A DNA stretch of 64,000 nucleotides from Carcharhinus longimanus (lineage: Eukaryota): contig JASCQW010000001.1 in assembly GCA_030264375.1 (NCBI GenBank), positions 153,592,228 to 153,656,227 on the forward strand. The letters run 5' to 3'. Below are positions 1 through 13,544 of this stretch, piece after piece; the first letter of the stretch is position 1; each line of letters starts with the position of its first letter. Position numbers and translations under genes: made by a program. The notes beneath the pieces were generated by a model. That model ran no database searches, was not told where the DNA came from, and saw only the letters and a list, made by a program, of their open reading frames with translations.

Positions 1-122
1 GCCATGCTAAATTCTCCCTCAGTGTACCTGAACAGGTGCCGGAGTGTGGTGACTAGGGGATTTTCACAGTAACTTCATTGCACTATGAATGCAAGCTTAC
101 TTGCGACTAATAAATAAATTTT
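1..122 (+). mobile_element. 3' part of tRNA-derived shark SINE (HE1/V-SINE-like), (TAAA)n-tail variant
   Basis: gactaggggattttcacagtaacttcattgca...taataaataaat; same tail as the copies at 13545 and 23775. Confidence 0.75.
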
Positions 123-990
123 ACGATCAGCCATGATCAATGGGCCAAATGGCCTATTGCATCTCCCAATAAGAGTAAATATTATTAGCTGGCATAGGAA
201 TGAATGAAAATAAGGCCAAAAACTTTCAGCTGGCTGCATTGTTTCTGATTTCGTGACAGGTGGAAAAAAAAAGCTCTCAGTGTTACTAGTCCCCTGACTC
301 ACCTGCATAACCACCTTGTTTTCCTGATAGTCACATTCTGTTTATCATAGCAATGCAGCTGGTGCTCAGGGAGCTTGGGGGCATTTACTGCTGAGAAAAA
401 TAAAACAGATCAGCAATATTGCCTTAAGACAAGATTTGCGATTTGTAACACGGCTAAAAGACTCTAAATTCAGTCTGATGCAAAAAGGGCCTCCACAGCG
501 ATCAAAATTTCAAACTTCTCACAGTGCTGTGCGACCTCCCCAACACACAATTCTTACTTTTTCTTTTAAACATCAAACATGCTACAGTTTTGCAGCCTTT
601 TTTCAAACTTCAGATCTTTAGTTTGAAAAAGGAAACAGCAACAGTAAGGGGCGGCAGCTGCCTATTGCTGCTGCTTCACTCCCGGTTTGAACTCAATTCC
701 GTAGGGGAATTCTAAGAATCTCCGCAACATGGAGATTTCCCCTTGACAACACTGGGTGAAGTTTCACAGTGAAGAAGCAAGATCATGTGTCGGCAACAAT
801 GGCAGTATGCATGCCAACCTGGAAACACGTGGACACTGCCATAAATAAAATCATGTTTTCACTCATCTCTCTCTAGCCCTGCAATTCATCCTGAGTTCTC
901 TCCATTGCTATCCAGTTCACACTAGCACTCTTCTTAAGGTGTTGCAAGCTACATAAGAAGATTGCACAAATGGTTACTGTTATCCCACAG

Positions 991-1188
991 GCACAGTAAG
1001 AAGCCTCACAACACCAGGTTAAAGTCCAACTGGTTTATTTGGAATCACGAGCTTTTGGAGTGCTGCGCCTTCATCAGGTGAAACACTCTGAAAGCTCGTG
1101 ATTCCAAATAAACCGATTGGACTTTAAATGGGTGTTGCGAGATTTCTTACTATGCCCACCCCAATCTAATGTTGGCATCTCCACTTCA
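991..1188. mobile_element. Penelope-like element remnant forming an inverted repeat
   Basis: Arms acagtaagaagcctcacaacaccaggttaaagtccaac...tcacgagcttt / aaagctcgtgattccaaataaacc...cttactatg; hammerhead-like core on the minus strand. Confidence 0.75.
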
Positions 1189-2877
1189 ACCCACATGATG
1201 TAACGGTATACTTGCGCTCACAGTGAAGATGTAGCAAAGACTATTCACAGTCAGTTGAGATACTTAGAAGATCTGACAAATGTGTTCAGCATCTAGCAGA
1301 AGTACTTCAACACTTGCATTTTTACGACTGTTGACTAGAGACGTATCATTGAAACTTTTCATCTTGCACTCAATAGGACAAATGCAAGAATGCCAAATTC
1401 TAAAGGGTACAGCAATTTACAATGCTGTGACCAATCATAGTGAATTTACAATTAGCATGTTTTGCGCATGTAGTACAAATCTGCACTATCAAGCAACTAC
1501 CTGCATCTTGGCCTCCTCTGTTCATCAAGGTTGCCTTCCCCATCTCCCATTGCACCAGCTCCCCAGGTACCCCATAAATTAGACCAGTTGGGTGGATAAA
1601 TTTGGGAGATATATCCCACAATACAAAAGGTTTGTGAAACTGCTGTACATATGCTCTGTGAGAAAAAATGTTATTTTTAATGTTTTGGGCATTATCCTGA
1701 GGTGCAAACATAATTTATTTAAACTGGGGACTACAGCACTGAGGACATCAAAACAATTCTTAGGTGGGACAAGCAGGCACAAAATAAATATGGCCAAGTT
1801 GAATATTCTACAATAAACTTCCTTCAGGAGGTAAAGGTTTGTTTTGTTCATTTGTCACATTTCAAAACGAAGAAAAAGGAGTTTACAACGTGGAAAAGGT
1901 CATAGATAAATAAAGCAAGGTTACTAAATTTTATATTACCCGAAACTGAGGGCAACTTGGAGAGCATGGAAGATTTTTCTAATCTGGGAAAGATGCATTT
2001 CAAAGAAGGATGAGGATAAAGATGAAAGAAGATTAAACGTACTAAGGAGATATGTTAAGAGCTGTTCTGGAAAGTGGCACGTTAGACCTCCTGAAGTGCT
2101 GCTCTATTCACAGGGAATAAATCTGTGAAGAGGCAAAGTGAAGCAGCTTTCTAGTAGGGTTCTGTTTTAAAATTTCTTGAATTGCCACAGGAGAGTGGGA
2201 GTGGGAGTAAGACACGTGATAACACACCTTCTCTACAACCACAGGTACAACCACCTCATCATGATTGTAACTTTTAAACTTAAACATAAGGGATTATTGC
2301 CTAAAGCAATGGTTATTTGCAAGTCTAACCAAGGAGGAATTTTTTTGGGGTAAAGTTCTGTAAGATTAATTTTATCTGTGTAAATGTAATCTTGTGCAAG
2401 TTTTTCTTTATCATCTCCAGAAGTGCTGCTGGAATTTGTGGCTTACTACTTCAGTACATATATCTTCTTGTGGTCAAAATGCAAAAACTTGTGATAATCT
2501 TGCCAAGTTTCTCCCCTTGGTATTTGGTTGGCATGGCAATTACCAGATCATTATGCCAGATCTGACATTCATTATCATATACCTTGTGTTGTCAATGATG
2601 ACTCTGGCAAATAGGTGCACACTGCAGCCATGATGGCAAGGCTGAAGGAGTTAGCATGATAGACTATCTTCTAGCTGCATCAATATCATTGGAACCATAT
2701 ACATCAGCACTTATACTGGCAGAGAAATTACTCATTCACAGAAAAAATTTTAGACAACCCTAAGTGCAGTTTGCTCTCAAACCTTTGAAAATTACCAATG
2801 GAAAGAGTGGTGGGTTATTTGGTCTGGCAAGAAAGGGATTATTTATCTGGATCAAGACTGATGTAATGGAAATCACA

Positions 2878-3600
2878 TCATAGAATTCCATTCAGCCCAT
2901 CGAGTCTGCATCGAACACAATCCCACCCAGATGCTATTCCCTCATACATTTCATATTTACCCTAATTCCCAACACTACTGTCAATTTAGCATAGCCAATC
3001 AACCTCGGATGCTACTGGAACTTGATGGATTGAGTTACAAGGAGAGGCTGAATAGACTGGGACTTTTTTCTCTGGAGCACAGGAGGTTGAGAGGTGACCG
3101 TCTGGANNNNNNNNNNNNNNNNNNNNNNNNNNTCAGCTAGATAGTCAATATCTTTTCCCAAAGGTAGGGGAGTCTAAATCTAGAGGGCATATGTTTAAGG
3201 TGAGAGGGGAGAGATACAAAAGTGTCCACAGGGGCATTTTTTTCATACAGAGGGTGGTGACTGTCTGGAACAAGCCGCCAGAGGTAGTAGTAGAGGTGGG
3301 TACAATTTTATCTTTTAAAAAGCATTTAGAAAGTTACAGTGGTACGATGGGAATAGCGGGATATGGGCCAAATACGAGCAATTGGGATTATCTTAGGGAT
3401 TTCAAAAAAAATAAGGGCAGCATGGACAAGTTGGGCCGAAGGGCCTGTTTCCATGCTGTAAACCTCTGACTCCAACCTAACCCACACGTCTTTGGAATGT
3501 GGGAGGAAACTGGAGCACTGGAGGAAAGCCATGCAGACACAGGGAGAATGTGCAAAAACAGTGACCCAAGGCTGGAATTGAAAATGGGTCTCTGGTACAG
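2878..3600 (-). mobile_element. HE1-like SINE interrupted by a CR1 LINE 3' fragment (3006-3472, + strand)
   Basis: SINE body split; the insert encodes LSYKERLNRLGLFSLEHRRLRGD (CR1 ORF2 C-terminus) and is flanked by a caacct duplication (3000-3005/3473-3478). Confidence 0.85.
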
Positions 3601-4659
3601 TCATTAAATACCTTACAAATTGGACAGCTCTGTAAATTTCTGGTTCAAAAAGACTTGAAATGTTGCAGACAGTCAAGGGATCACTGGTACTAAATTATTT
3701 AATCTGCATCTTGACATGAAAGTGATAGCAAAACTGGAGAATCAGATGTCAACATGGTTCCACGTGCTGTCAGATCCTTACACAGCTTCGACCTGTGGTG
3801 TGAGACTCTGGTGTAAAGTTGGATTTTTGAAGTTATTTGATAATCTGATATTAATTTAAACAGCAGAGCACTAGAGTGAATGCATCAGAAGCTATTGCAG
3901 TTACATTGTTAGTGTAATTTGGTGACTGACTCATGAGCATACAATCAGCACAAAACCTAGCAAATGTTAAAAAGTTCAGAGGGGAGTTAAGAGTCATTGC
4001 ACAAGTCAAAATGTGTTAAGGTTTTATTAAAAACTAAAATGTATGCAACACTCAAAAGGGAATGAAATATCACTAGAAAAATAACCTACACCAATTGTTA
4101 TATATTGCAGGGAGACAGAAAAGACAAGTTGGAGGCAGAGACTGACCTCTATTTGTCTGCTCTACATGTTTAATGTCATCAAACAAAGGACACGGAATGC
4201 CAATATACAGTATAACTAGCAAGCTTTTCAACACTGGACAGGCATTTAATAGGCGTCAAGCATCAGATTCTTACATTCAAAATTTAAGCAAGAAGTTTGT
4301 ATTTTTTGTACAGCAATATATTTTAAACAAAAAATACTGAAGCAATGTTACAAAAAAATTCAATTTAAGTTCAAGATTTATCACAAGTTTGAAAAGAAGC
4401 GTTGTGTATGTATCTCACAGGTGCTGGTGCTCGGAAATCCAAGTTGCTGAATTCTCCCTGAAGCCACTACCATAACTTCTAATCCTTTTTTTAAAGTTAT
4501 GCTCTGGATGGATCTACTGTATTGACAACATTTTTAAGTGCATCAATGAACTGTTTTGGTTTAAATTGATTTCCAGAACAGCCCCTGAATTTAGTCTTTG
4601 TGAAACAGGGTGATGGCTGTGGAGCTGCAGATCCTATTAAAAACTTACAAAAAACAAAT

Positions 4660-7600
4660 ATTTGACTATAGTCTGTCTTTATTCAGTTATTTCTTTTAGG
4701 AAAACATCTTATTTACATCTGAAGGAAATTCTTAAGATTTTGTAACTTGGTATAGTTTCTTTCACAATCGGCTGCATCAACACTTCCCAGTCTGCTCAAC
4801 TTAAAGCATTTACAGCCAAACATACTGCAAGGATTAATAGAGTATGTACCTTTGTTAAAACTACAGGCGTGCTTTTTAAAATGTTGGTTCATAATGTTGA
4901 TTCGTAATGTTGAAACTGTGGCAATTACATTCCAATGATTGTACAATTAATAAAGCATGTTTAAAATGTGTTAAAGTCACTTCCAGTGCCAAAACAGCAG
5001 AAACTTTGCAAAATCCTGAAAAAAGGAGTGTTTCCAGTCTCAGAAGTAGGAAATAAATCACATTGCGGTTAAAACGAAAAAGGTACTGTGCATGGTCCTC
5101 CAAAATAGATATAAACATAGCCTTTAAACATTTCCATATGTACAACTTGAAATAATCTAATTTGATTGAGATTTATATACACGTCGCAATTGCATTGTTT
5201 TGTCACAAAGTACCCCAAATCTAATCAAAGACAAAAGTTCTCAACTACATCCCAGATGAGGGATATTTCATGATAAATTCTCTCAAAAGAAACTGTGCAA
5301 ATATTTAATTATTGCAGCATTTAACTCTTCACGCTACCACAATAAATCTTCATTTGGTGTGATGACACATCTATACAAAACAATAAATGGTAAAAGTACT
5401 GCACACAAACAACTGGAAAAAAAGTAGCTTCACAAGTACAAGTTATACAGACATTTATAAGGTATTGTATGACACAAGTGCAAATAAGTCACTCTCTGCT
5501 AACAGGTCTTCAATATTCAACTATTCACATCTCCTACAGCAGTCAGTGGAAAAGGAGAAGCTCAGTTTATTTATAACTCACTTTATTTCCTCTACGGGAT
5601 AGTGGTCCTGTATCTCTCTACTGTACCTCTTCATGACAAAACTTTGCATAATCCAGATAAATAATCTGAACTGTTAATTATACATACTACCCAAAATAAA
5701 ATAAATTCCTGAACTGTGTAATGTTACATGCTTTTTTTTCATTAAATTTAAATTTTAAATCTGGAAAATAGAGAATCTCTTGTTGCATTTGGTTACAAGC
5801 AAGGTTTCCACATATACCAACAGTTCTGTGCGTACTTCCCTTGGGATGATCCTGTACGGCTGAGTGTCTGCTGATTAAAGTCCTTTCAAACTTGAATTCA
5901 CTGAGGAGTTTGCATAATGATCAAACCAGTATGAAATAGTTTACAATACAGTTGATGGGATCTTCAATTTTCCTCAAAAGGAAATTTAAAATTTCAAGTC
6001 ATAAGTACAAAATTGACAGACTCACGGGCCATCACATCTTTTTGTTCACAAGCCTGGAGTTCTCACGTCTTCAAAGGTGCAAATGACAGGATTTAAACAC
6101 ATACCCTTTGATTGTATGTTGATCATAAAGCATTACAAAGGTGGAAAATGAGCAGTGTTTGACATTAATTGGGATATTTGCAATATTTTCAAAGCATGTT
6201 AGCAGAAGTTGATCCCTTAATCCCTGTGAACATGTTAACTCGACAGCATGGAACACAAAATCCAGCAATGCAGATACTGCCAATTTAAATCTAAGACGCA
6301 AGGTCCTCAGGATGTAACCGACTGTCCTGATGAATATATTGCACTTTAGCACTAATTCAGTAACTCGTCCCAAAATGTATCAGTCTTAACATATTCCAAT
6401 ACCAAATAGCAGAGTTTAACAGAATTGGGATTCAATTCAGAACTGAGCGAGATTTTTTAACAGGTCAAAAAATCTTAGAGATACCTTAGTGTTTATGCTA
6501 AACAGCCTTTACAGTTGCACGGGTTTGTGCAAGTCAGCTGATCTCTGCACTCAAATGATGGACTTTTACAGCTAGATTCAGAAATTATTTGTCAATGGTT
6601 GAGGAAGAAGAAAACTGGCCAGTGCTCATACTCAATACTGAATGACTCCTGCTGGAACATGCATGCTGGATGCAAAGATGGGGAGCGCTGAACATCAGTT
6701 AAGCCTCTTTGTTAGAAAAGCTTACAATTACAGTTTAGACATAAAAAGAACTGCGGCCACTTGAATATGCTACAGTGCAAGTCTACCTATACTAGTGATC
6801 TTCAGAAGAACAAAAAAAATCATGTCAAGTGGTGAGAAAAGATCAGAAATATTAATGTGCATACAATAATAAAAATATACTTAACCATGGTCTGTATTAC
6901 TTTAGATTAAAATATCTTTTGAATGGATCATTTCTATTAGAAAATGATAATTTAACTCAGCAGTTCTAACATTAATTGGGTGGCTAATGTATGAATATGC
7001 CCAAAACTCCAAACTGCCTATCTTTTCTGAAAGGCTTTAGTTCCTTTAAGGTGTGAACTAAAATATCACCACAGCATCAGTGATACTGTGCTGCCTATGA
7101 ATGAGCAAAATCATTTTCTAACCTGATGTTCACATATGTGGACCTTCCAACAGAGATCATTTGTAGCAATCAGGAGCTGGAATTCTGGCTGTCATTTTTA
7201 AAATTCTCTTTAGCCCAAGGGTCCTTCTATTCTAGTTAAGAGCTGCTAAGTAAGTACAACTGAATAATCTGACCCAGGAATTACGGGTCATTATGGGGTT
7301 AAACAATGTCTTTATTAACTGAGCCATTGAGCCGAGTGAATGATTTATGATAGTAACCATAACTCCAAAAACAGACATGCCTGGTGCCATATTGATATTT
7401 TCAGTAGGTCAATGCAAAAAAGATGTTGTGAAGCTGCTAGTAAAGCTCAGCTAATACAAGTGAAATCATCTCTAACAGTTTGAGCAAGTATTTAAACTTA
7501 AAAATCTGCTTATTAACTTTCCTTGTAAACCTCAGGTCAATATGAATTGTTTGAACTACCCTGAGTTGTAGGATGATGAGGGACACCCACACATATATCT

Positions 7601-8608
7601 GAGGGCACTACCATGGAGCACGGTCATCTGCCCCACCACACCAATGGTTCCTTACTTTGCTGCAAAGATAACATTAAACTCTTGGCTATGGTATGCTAAT
7701 TTCTCTTCTACGACTTGCAGTGGATAGATTGACTGTAGCACGGGCTACAATTGAAATATGAAACTTGTGTAAGAACAACGCAGATGTAGAAACTTAATTC
7801 TGGCATGTGGGGCCTGCTAAGAGGAACACTCGCTTTGCTACTGAAAAATTATATTTTTGGACATTATTCACTACCTGGAATTTGTTTGCACAAGCAGCAA
7901 AATGACAGTTGGATTTCAGTGTAAAGCTTATGGAAAGATTCAGTCGTGTGGTTCGAAACAGTTCATGATGGGTGGGTGGATGGATGCAGCCACTGTTGTG
8001 TCTTCTCCTTCAATGAGGTGAGATTGGATGCAGCTCAAATTATTAAAATGCACTGTTATCCATTTAAAAAGTCATGAAAAGCTATAAAATGGTTGGAAAC
8101 ATTGATTTATTGGTTCACCCTAAATCTCCTGACATGAAAGGAGGGCAGCTGAACTGAAAGGCAAACTAAGCTGTCAAATTTATGAACCCATTCCATGCTC
8201 TTTGAGAGTGGACATGCGCGCTTTACGAATCACACGATCAAATTTGTGACCTTGTTGGCTGTATATTATGTACCACCCACTTCAAATGCTTCATGTAAAG
8301 TTGGCCAGAAACAACTGAAGTAAATACTTCTGTTTTCACTATTTTAATGAAGTTTAAAATTGTTCAACTAAACTAACATCATGAGAGAGACAGGAGATGA
8401 GACTGTTCAAGATTCTTAAGGCTGCATCCATGATTTCAATTATGCAAAATATATTTTTAAGGCTAATTCCAGTGTATTAGATAACGCGAGGATTGTTGTA
8501 AATCACAGTAAAAACTCCACCGTTGCAATTTACAAAATCTGATTTGCATTTTTGAAAATGGTGGCCATAATGTACTGCGATCTGACTTCAAACATTCAAA
8601 TATGCAGG
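4660..8608 (-). other. TBC1D14: Probable long 3'UTR of TBC1D14
   Basis: Follows the stop codon; AU-rich and free of young SINE/LINE copies, unlike the introns; ends at an AATAAA with a downstream U/GU-rich tract. The exact 3' end is inferred. Confidence 0.55.
4678..4683 (-). terminator. Candidate polyadenylation signal AATAAA
   Basis: Minus strand ctgAATAAAgacagactatagtcaaa followed by tatttgttttttgtaagtttt (U/GU-rich downstream element). Other AATAAA hexamers at 4023, 5566, 5582, 7311 and 8106 are alternatives. Confidence 0.5.
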
Positions 8609-8674
8609 TCATCGTTTCATAGCTGGGCTCCCTTTGTCCACCTCTCTTGTATCTTTCTGCAGTGCTGACAATAC
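8609..8674 (-). CDS. TBC1D14: TBC1D14 last coding exon (66 bp incl. TGA)
   Basis: ctttcag|GTA TTG...AAA CGA TGA; VLSALQKDTREVDKGSPAMKR*, matching the TBC1D14/12 C-terminal pattern. Confidence 0.95.
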   Translation of the reverse strand, partial: VLSALQKDTREVDKGSPAMKR

Positions 8675-8849
8675 CTGAAAGTGAAAAAAATTACGACTCA
8701 AAACCGCAGCAGAATTTCAGATTCTCTATCGGAATTAAGTTTTGATAAATAGGATGACATTAGAGATAATAAACTGACCTAACACTGTGGTGCAAGGAGC
8801 CATTCGGTGTTGAGGGGAGTGTGAAAAGGGCCAATATATTTAAATACAT

Positions 8850-9270
8850 ACTATTCTCTGCAACCAGTGGCAGCGAGAGCACCTATTTGCCACAGGTTGG
8901 GTTGCATGCCTGCTGCCAGATTTTAAGGATATCTCCTTCAAGCTGGAGACAATCTTGGACTTGAAGGGAAGGGTCCAGTTGTTGTGATGCATGTGAGTAC
9001 CAGCGACACAGAAAGGTCCAAGAAAGAGGTTTTGTTGAGGGACTAGGAGTACCTAGAAGCTAAATTAGAAAGCAGAACCACAAAAATAATCATTTCTGGA
9101 TCACTGACTGAGCCATGAGCACTTTGGCAAAGAATGAAATAAGATCAGAGTCCTGAATGCATGGTTCAAAGAAGATTGGCGTAGAAGAAATGGATTTCAA
9201 TTTATGTGGTACTTGTATCAGCTGTACTACAGTGTTAACCTGAAATGTGTAGGGACCAGTATCACATAAC
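8850..9270 (+). mobile_element. Degenerate CR1 ORF1 (esterase/SGNH-like) fragment
   Basis: Remnants resembling CxPGA..KDI and PVVVxHVGTND motifs, with stops and frameshifts. Confidence 0.6.
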
Positions 9271-9893
9271 TAGTTACCTCAAGAGGGCATTAAAATAAAT
9301 AGTGGGAATGGTGAAGGGTTTGCATGAGGATCACTAGAGAAAGGGCAAGGTAATATCCAGGTGGCCATGAGAGCCTGGGGCCCCATGACACATAGAGACA
9401 ACCTTGGGCAGGAAAGACAATGTCGGGGTCCCAACCATTCTCCCGAGAAGCACCCCCCTGCCATCTTGAATTTAAATTTGTATTTACCTCCAACAAAGAT
9501 GCATCCATTTTTAGATAGTCCAACATCTTTGATTTGCATCAGCAGCATATATCTCCCCTAGTGGTACTTCTGAGGCTTCAGAGTTGTTGGTCCTCTAACT
9601 GTGTTGGCAGCATCAGTAAAAGGACATGGGGTTCATAAATGGCCTTGGAAGCCCACCAGTGGTAAAATTGCTAGGCCAATCCCACAACTGGCAAGTGTGT
9701 GCTAGGTGCCTATATTTCTGCTAAATATTGCGGTCCTGAAGCTTGGGGTAAAATTCAGCCCATTTATACCAAATGTCGTATATTCTGATAAAAAGGACTT
9801 GCTATTTTTGCAATAGTTCAATAGAAGAAAAAACTGTTTCAATATCAATTTTTTTTGCCTCTTATGGTAATAAGAGCTTTACTTCTCTCTTAC

Positions 9894-10152
9894 CTGAGAC
9901 CACTTTTTATTTCTGCTCTGTAACTGAATGGTTGCAATGGCCCCAAAGAGATCCTCAGATGACATATCTTCAGGGAGTTTGGTCAGGAACTGTGCCATGT
10001 GGATAAAATCCAATTGGGTCAAAATATCCTCATATAGCTTTAAGATCCCCAGAGCAGTTCTGAAGAGAAATTCCTCTCCATCACGGCAGAATACATCCCA
10101 GACTCGACATGCAAGGTCCAGAGGAAAAGATTTACTGTACAGAGTAAAGATC
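9894..10152 (-). CDS. TBC1D14: TBC1D14 coding exon (259 bp, phase 2->0)
   Basis: ccttcag|G ATC TTT...TCT CAG|gtaaga; [86 protein letters not shown]. Confidence 0.97.
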
Positions 10153-11821
10153 CTGAAGGAAATTAAAACAAAATCATTATACCTTCAATAATCACTTACT
10201 TGGAGCAAACATTCATTTCAAAAATAACTAAAGAACAGTAGACATCTGGCAACCAAGGTTTTTAGAAAGTTGTTCTGCCAATGAAAATGTGCTGCTTAAG
10301 TCAATCAAGATGGGGCTTTCCAATTTCCAAACGACCAAATTCATACCAGTTTGGAAAAATTTCTTGTGAATACAAATGCTGATTTAACGCTTGAAGGAAT
10401 TCTTAACCCTACACAAGAACCTTACATAAACATTGTAGGATTCAACCTTTTAATTTGTCCAGTGGAACCATTTGTTCAATTTATAGAAAAATGATTATTT
10501 CCAAAAAATATAATTTAAAAAACTGAAAAATGAACATGTGCCCTTCAGATTATCAGGGCTCAAGCAAGAAAAGGCAAATATTTGTCCTAGTCAATTTTTA
10601 TAAACCATTGCTACAATAAAAGTAATCTTATTGTAAATGTTCAATAACTGCACAAGTGCATAAAACTTATGAAACAATAGGCACAACATACTAAAAATGT
10701 TACATAATGATTGTCCATGACCACATTAATAATAGAAATGACCTGTTGAAAATTTGTCATACTGTAATTACAATGAGGTGCTGCAGTGCTACTACACTTA
10801 CAGTATAACAAACTTAAACACCCTCCATCATTTACAACTCACGCATTGGTAGTAATATGATATTCCAGTTGTACATGGTAGATGGTGAAAACAATAAGTA
10901 CTCAGAATTTTACTTAAAAAAGAGGAAATTTTACTTAGCAATTATTAGAATCACACCACTAAACAGCTCATTGAAACGGTAATACCTGACTTTTGGTGAA
11001 ATCAACACAACCTTTTGAATTAAATGCAGGGTAACCATTTATTGAACTGGCTGAAACTTAACCTTGGCATTTAACTTTTATGGCCTTATAAAGGCATCTT
11101 AATGTGAAAAGCATGAATAGTGTTGGTGGGGGTGGTGCAGCGACATGAGAAATTAGTTCAACCTAAAGATAAAGACAGAATGAATAAATTTAAAAAGGAA
11201 CTCAATTATATCTGCATGTGGTCGCCTAATTAACCACCATTCTCTAATACCCCTTCACCAAAAGATTACATTTCACTCTCTGTGTACAATGTGCCGCAAG
11301 GTTGGTGTCTTCACCAAGCATTCCCAACCCCCCATGGCCAAAAACTAATTCCAAGTGTGCTAAATAATGAATTAGAAGACTCTATCATTTAAATAAATTA
11401 ATTTCAAATCACCCCTTTCTGGCTTAAGAAAAGGGAGCTTTTCCAATCACAATGCGGGAATACACCAGCATGGGAAGGAGTTCAGTTATTCCTCACCTTC
11501 CAAACAGCATGTTAGCAATAACTGTCTCTAAGATTAACCTTTTGTAAACTACATAAAAACCAAAAGCTTTTTGGCACCGTGCGTGTATATATGCATGAGA
11601 ACTGGATTAATGAATGCTTTAGTTCCAGGAATCACTCAACATTTCAAGGACCTGTTTATTTGAAAACTCAGAAAATGAAAGAGCACATCTAAAGATAGAT
11701 TGAACTTTGTTAACACCCACTCTGTCTGTACTCAACTAAGTTGAGAACAGAAGAGACACCAACAGAAACTTGTAGTAGTATAGCATTAAAAGCTTCAGAA
11801 AATTATGAGAACATTGCTTAC

Positions 11822-11931
11822 CAGTCAATTAAATAAATATCTGGGGTAAGGTTGTTTCTCTTGAAATGTGCAAATAACCTTGGTAGGTTTTCCTCAAAGA
11901 ATACCTCAAAGGCTGCAAAATATTTCAACAT
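11822..11931 (-). CDS. TBC1D14: TBC1D14 coding exon (110 bp, phase 0->2)
   Basis: catctag|ATG TTG...GAC TG|gtaagc; [36 protein letters not shown](W). Confidence 0.97.
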
Positions 11932-13544
11932 CTAGATGGGGAGGACCAGGGAAAAGAAAGTGTGCAAACTACTGTTATAACAAAAAAACTAAAGAATAGT
12001 CTTAATCAGTATAACCAATAACCAGTAAAAACACAGCCGACCAAGATTTGAAATCAATTTCAGATCACCATCAAGTAGTCATTCAGAGTTTTCCCAACAG
12101 TCTTTAAGCTTTTTAAAGTGTAATTTGCAATAACATTCTTTATGCACTATACATCTTAAANNNNNNNNNNGGTATGAACATGAATTGTCTGCCACATGCA
12201 ATTGCCAGTGTAAAAAAAATTGTAAACCTTGTACCCGTTAATATTTGTGATAAAAATTGTTTGCATTCAATGAATTTAGGTTTTCTGAATACAATCTGCT
12301 TTCATCTATAAATATTTATCTAGGCCTTCAGTCCAACAGCTCCATCCATGTCTGTGCTTTTAGCTTGACGAATCAAGTTCTGTAACATATATTTAGGCCA
12401 ACCTTTGTATCCACCAGATTAAAGTAACCCTTTCACCCTACTTCTCTCCTCCCGAGGTACGAATTAGTGAGCAAGCACAGCTATACATGCTGTTAGCAGC
12501 TACTTTGCTATGGACTTTAATGCAAATTGATAAAGGTCATTGATTTTTGGCAAATAAAAGTAGCTGTCCAATTCAAACATGGACATTTTAAATTGTGGTG
12601 ACGACATTATGTAAACACAAACAGGCAAGGCATTTTTGTTTATAGAATAAATGAAGATTAATTTATAATTTATATCAGGCTGAACTTTATAAATCAAAAT
12701 TCTACTAAATTTTCCATGACAAATGCATAACTACATGCATATTTTTACTTAAAGGCAACTGTTGCAATCATCCTCATGTTAATGAGTTTACCCTGTGAAT
12801 AGAAGAATTTTGCACAGTAGAAGATCACTGGTCCAATCTCCCAAAGATGCTAAATTAGCTGATCGTGGATACTGCTAGTAATGAGCTAGAAATCTGCTAG
12901 TTTTTTTGCATATCCTGGTTGAAACCAGAAATAGTTGTGTTTAGGGAGATATTCTCTATTCCTTCTGATTTCCCCACACCTCTACCCCTTCCAATGCACA
13001 AGAAACAAGGACTACTTTTTTTTTTAAGCACCTTCTGGAGATTGGCTGCAGAGCTGCATAAACCTACTGGTGATCTCAACTGACCAAGGTCTTAATGCTG
13101 CAATTCAGTACATTAAACAGAGACTTGGCTGTGCTGTAAACAACCTGCCATGTTTTAATACTCAACAGTGTTAGCAACTTTTTAAAACCAACCCATTCAG
13201 TATTTTTTAAGATATTAAAGTGTCTGCATTCAATATCACTATTTCTATATTAAACCTTACTACTGAAAATTTAAATACAGTTAGTTTCTCCACTATATAC
13301 AAAGCAATATTACAAATTGTAAAAGAAAGCAACTGAAAGCATTTCATATGCATGACTTCTGTTCATTAATACAGTCCCTGCATTGCAGACAAAATCTTCA
13401 TTTGTTCTGTAACTAGTTTTATCCTTTCCTCTAACTTTCCACCCTTAAAAGAATTCTAGCTGAGAATGAGAAAAACTCTCTCTTTNNNNNNNNNNAATTA
13501 TTTCATGGGATGTGTGCATTGCTGTCATAGACAACATCTGTTGA

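Noticed and set aside
991-1160. Palindromes interpreted as MITEs, pre-miRNAs or CRISPR-like repeats
   Set aside because: Asymmetric tails, the PLE ORF remnant at 52477 and hammerhead cores point to Penelope-like inverted pLTRs; there is no regular repeat-spacer array
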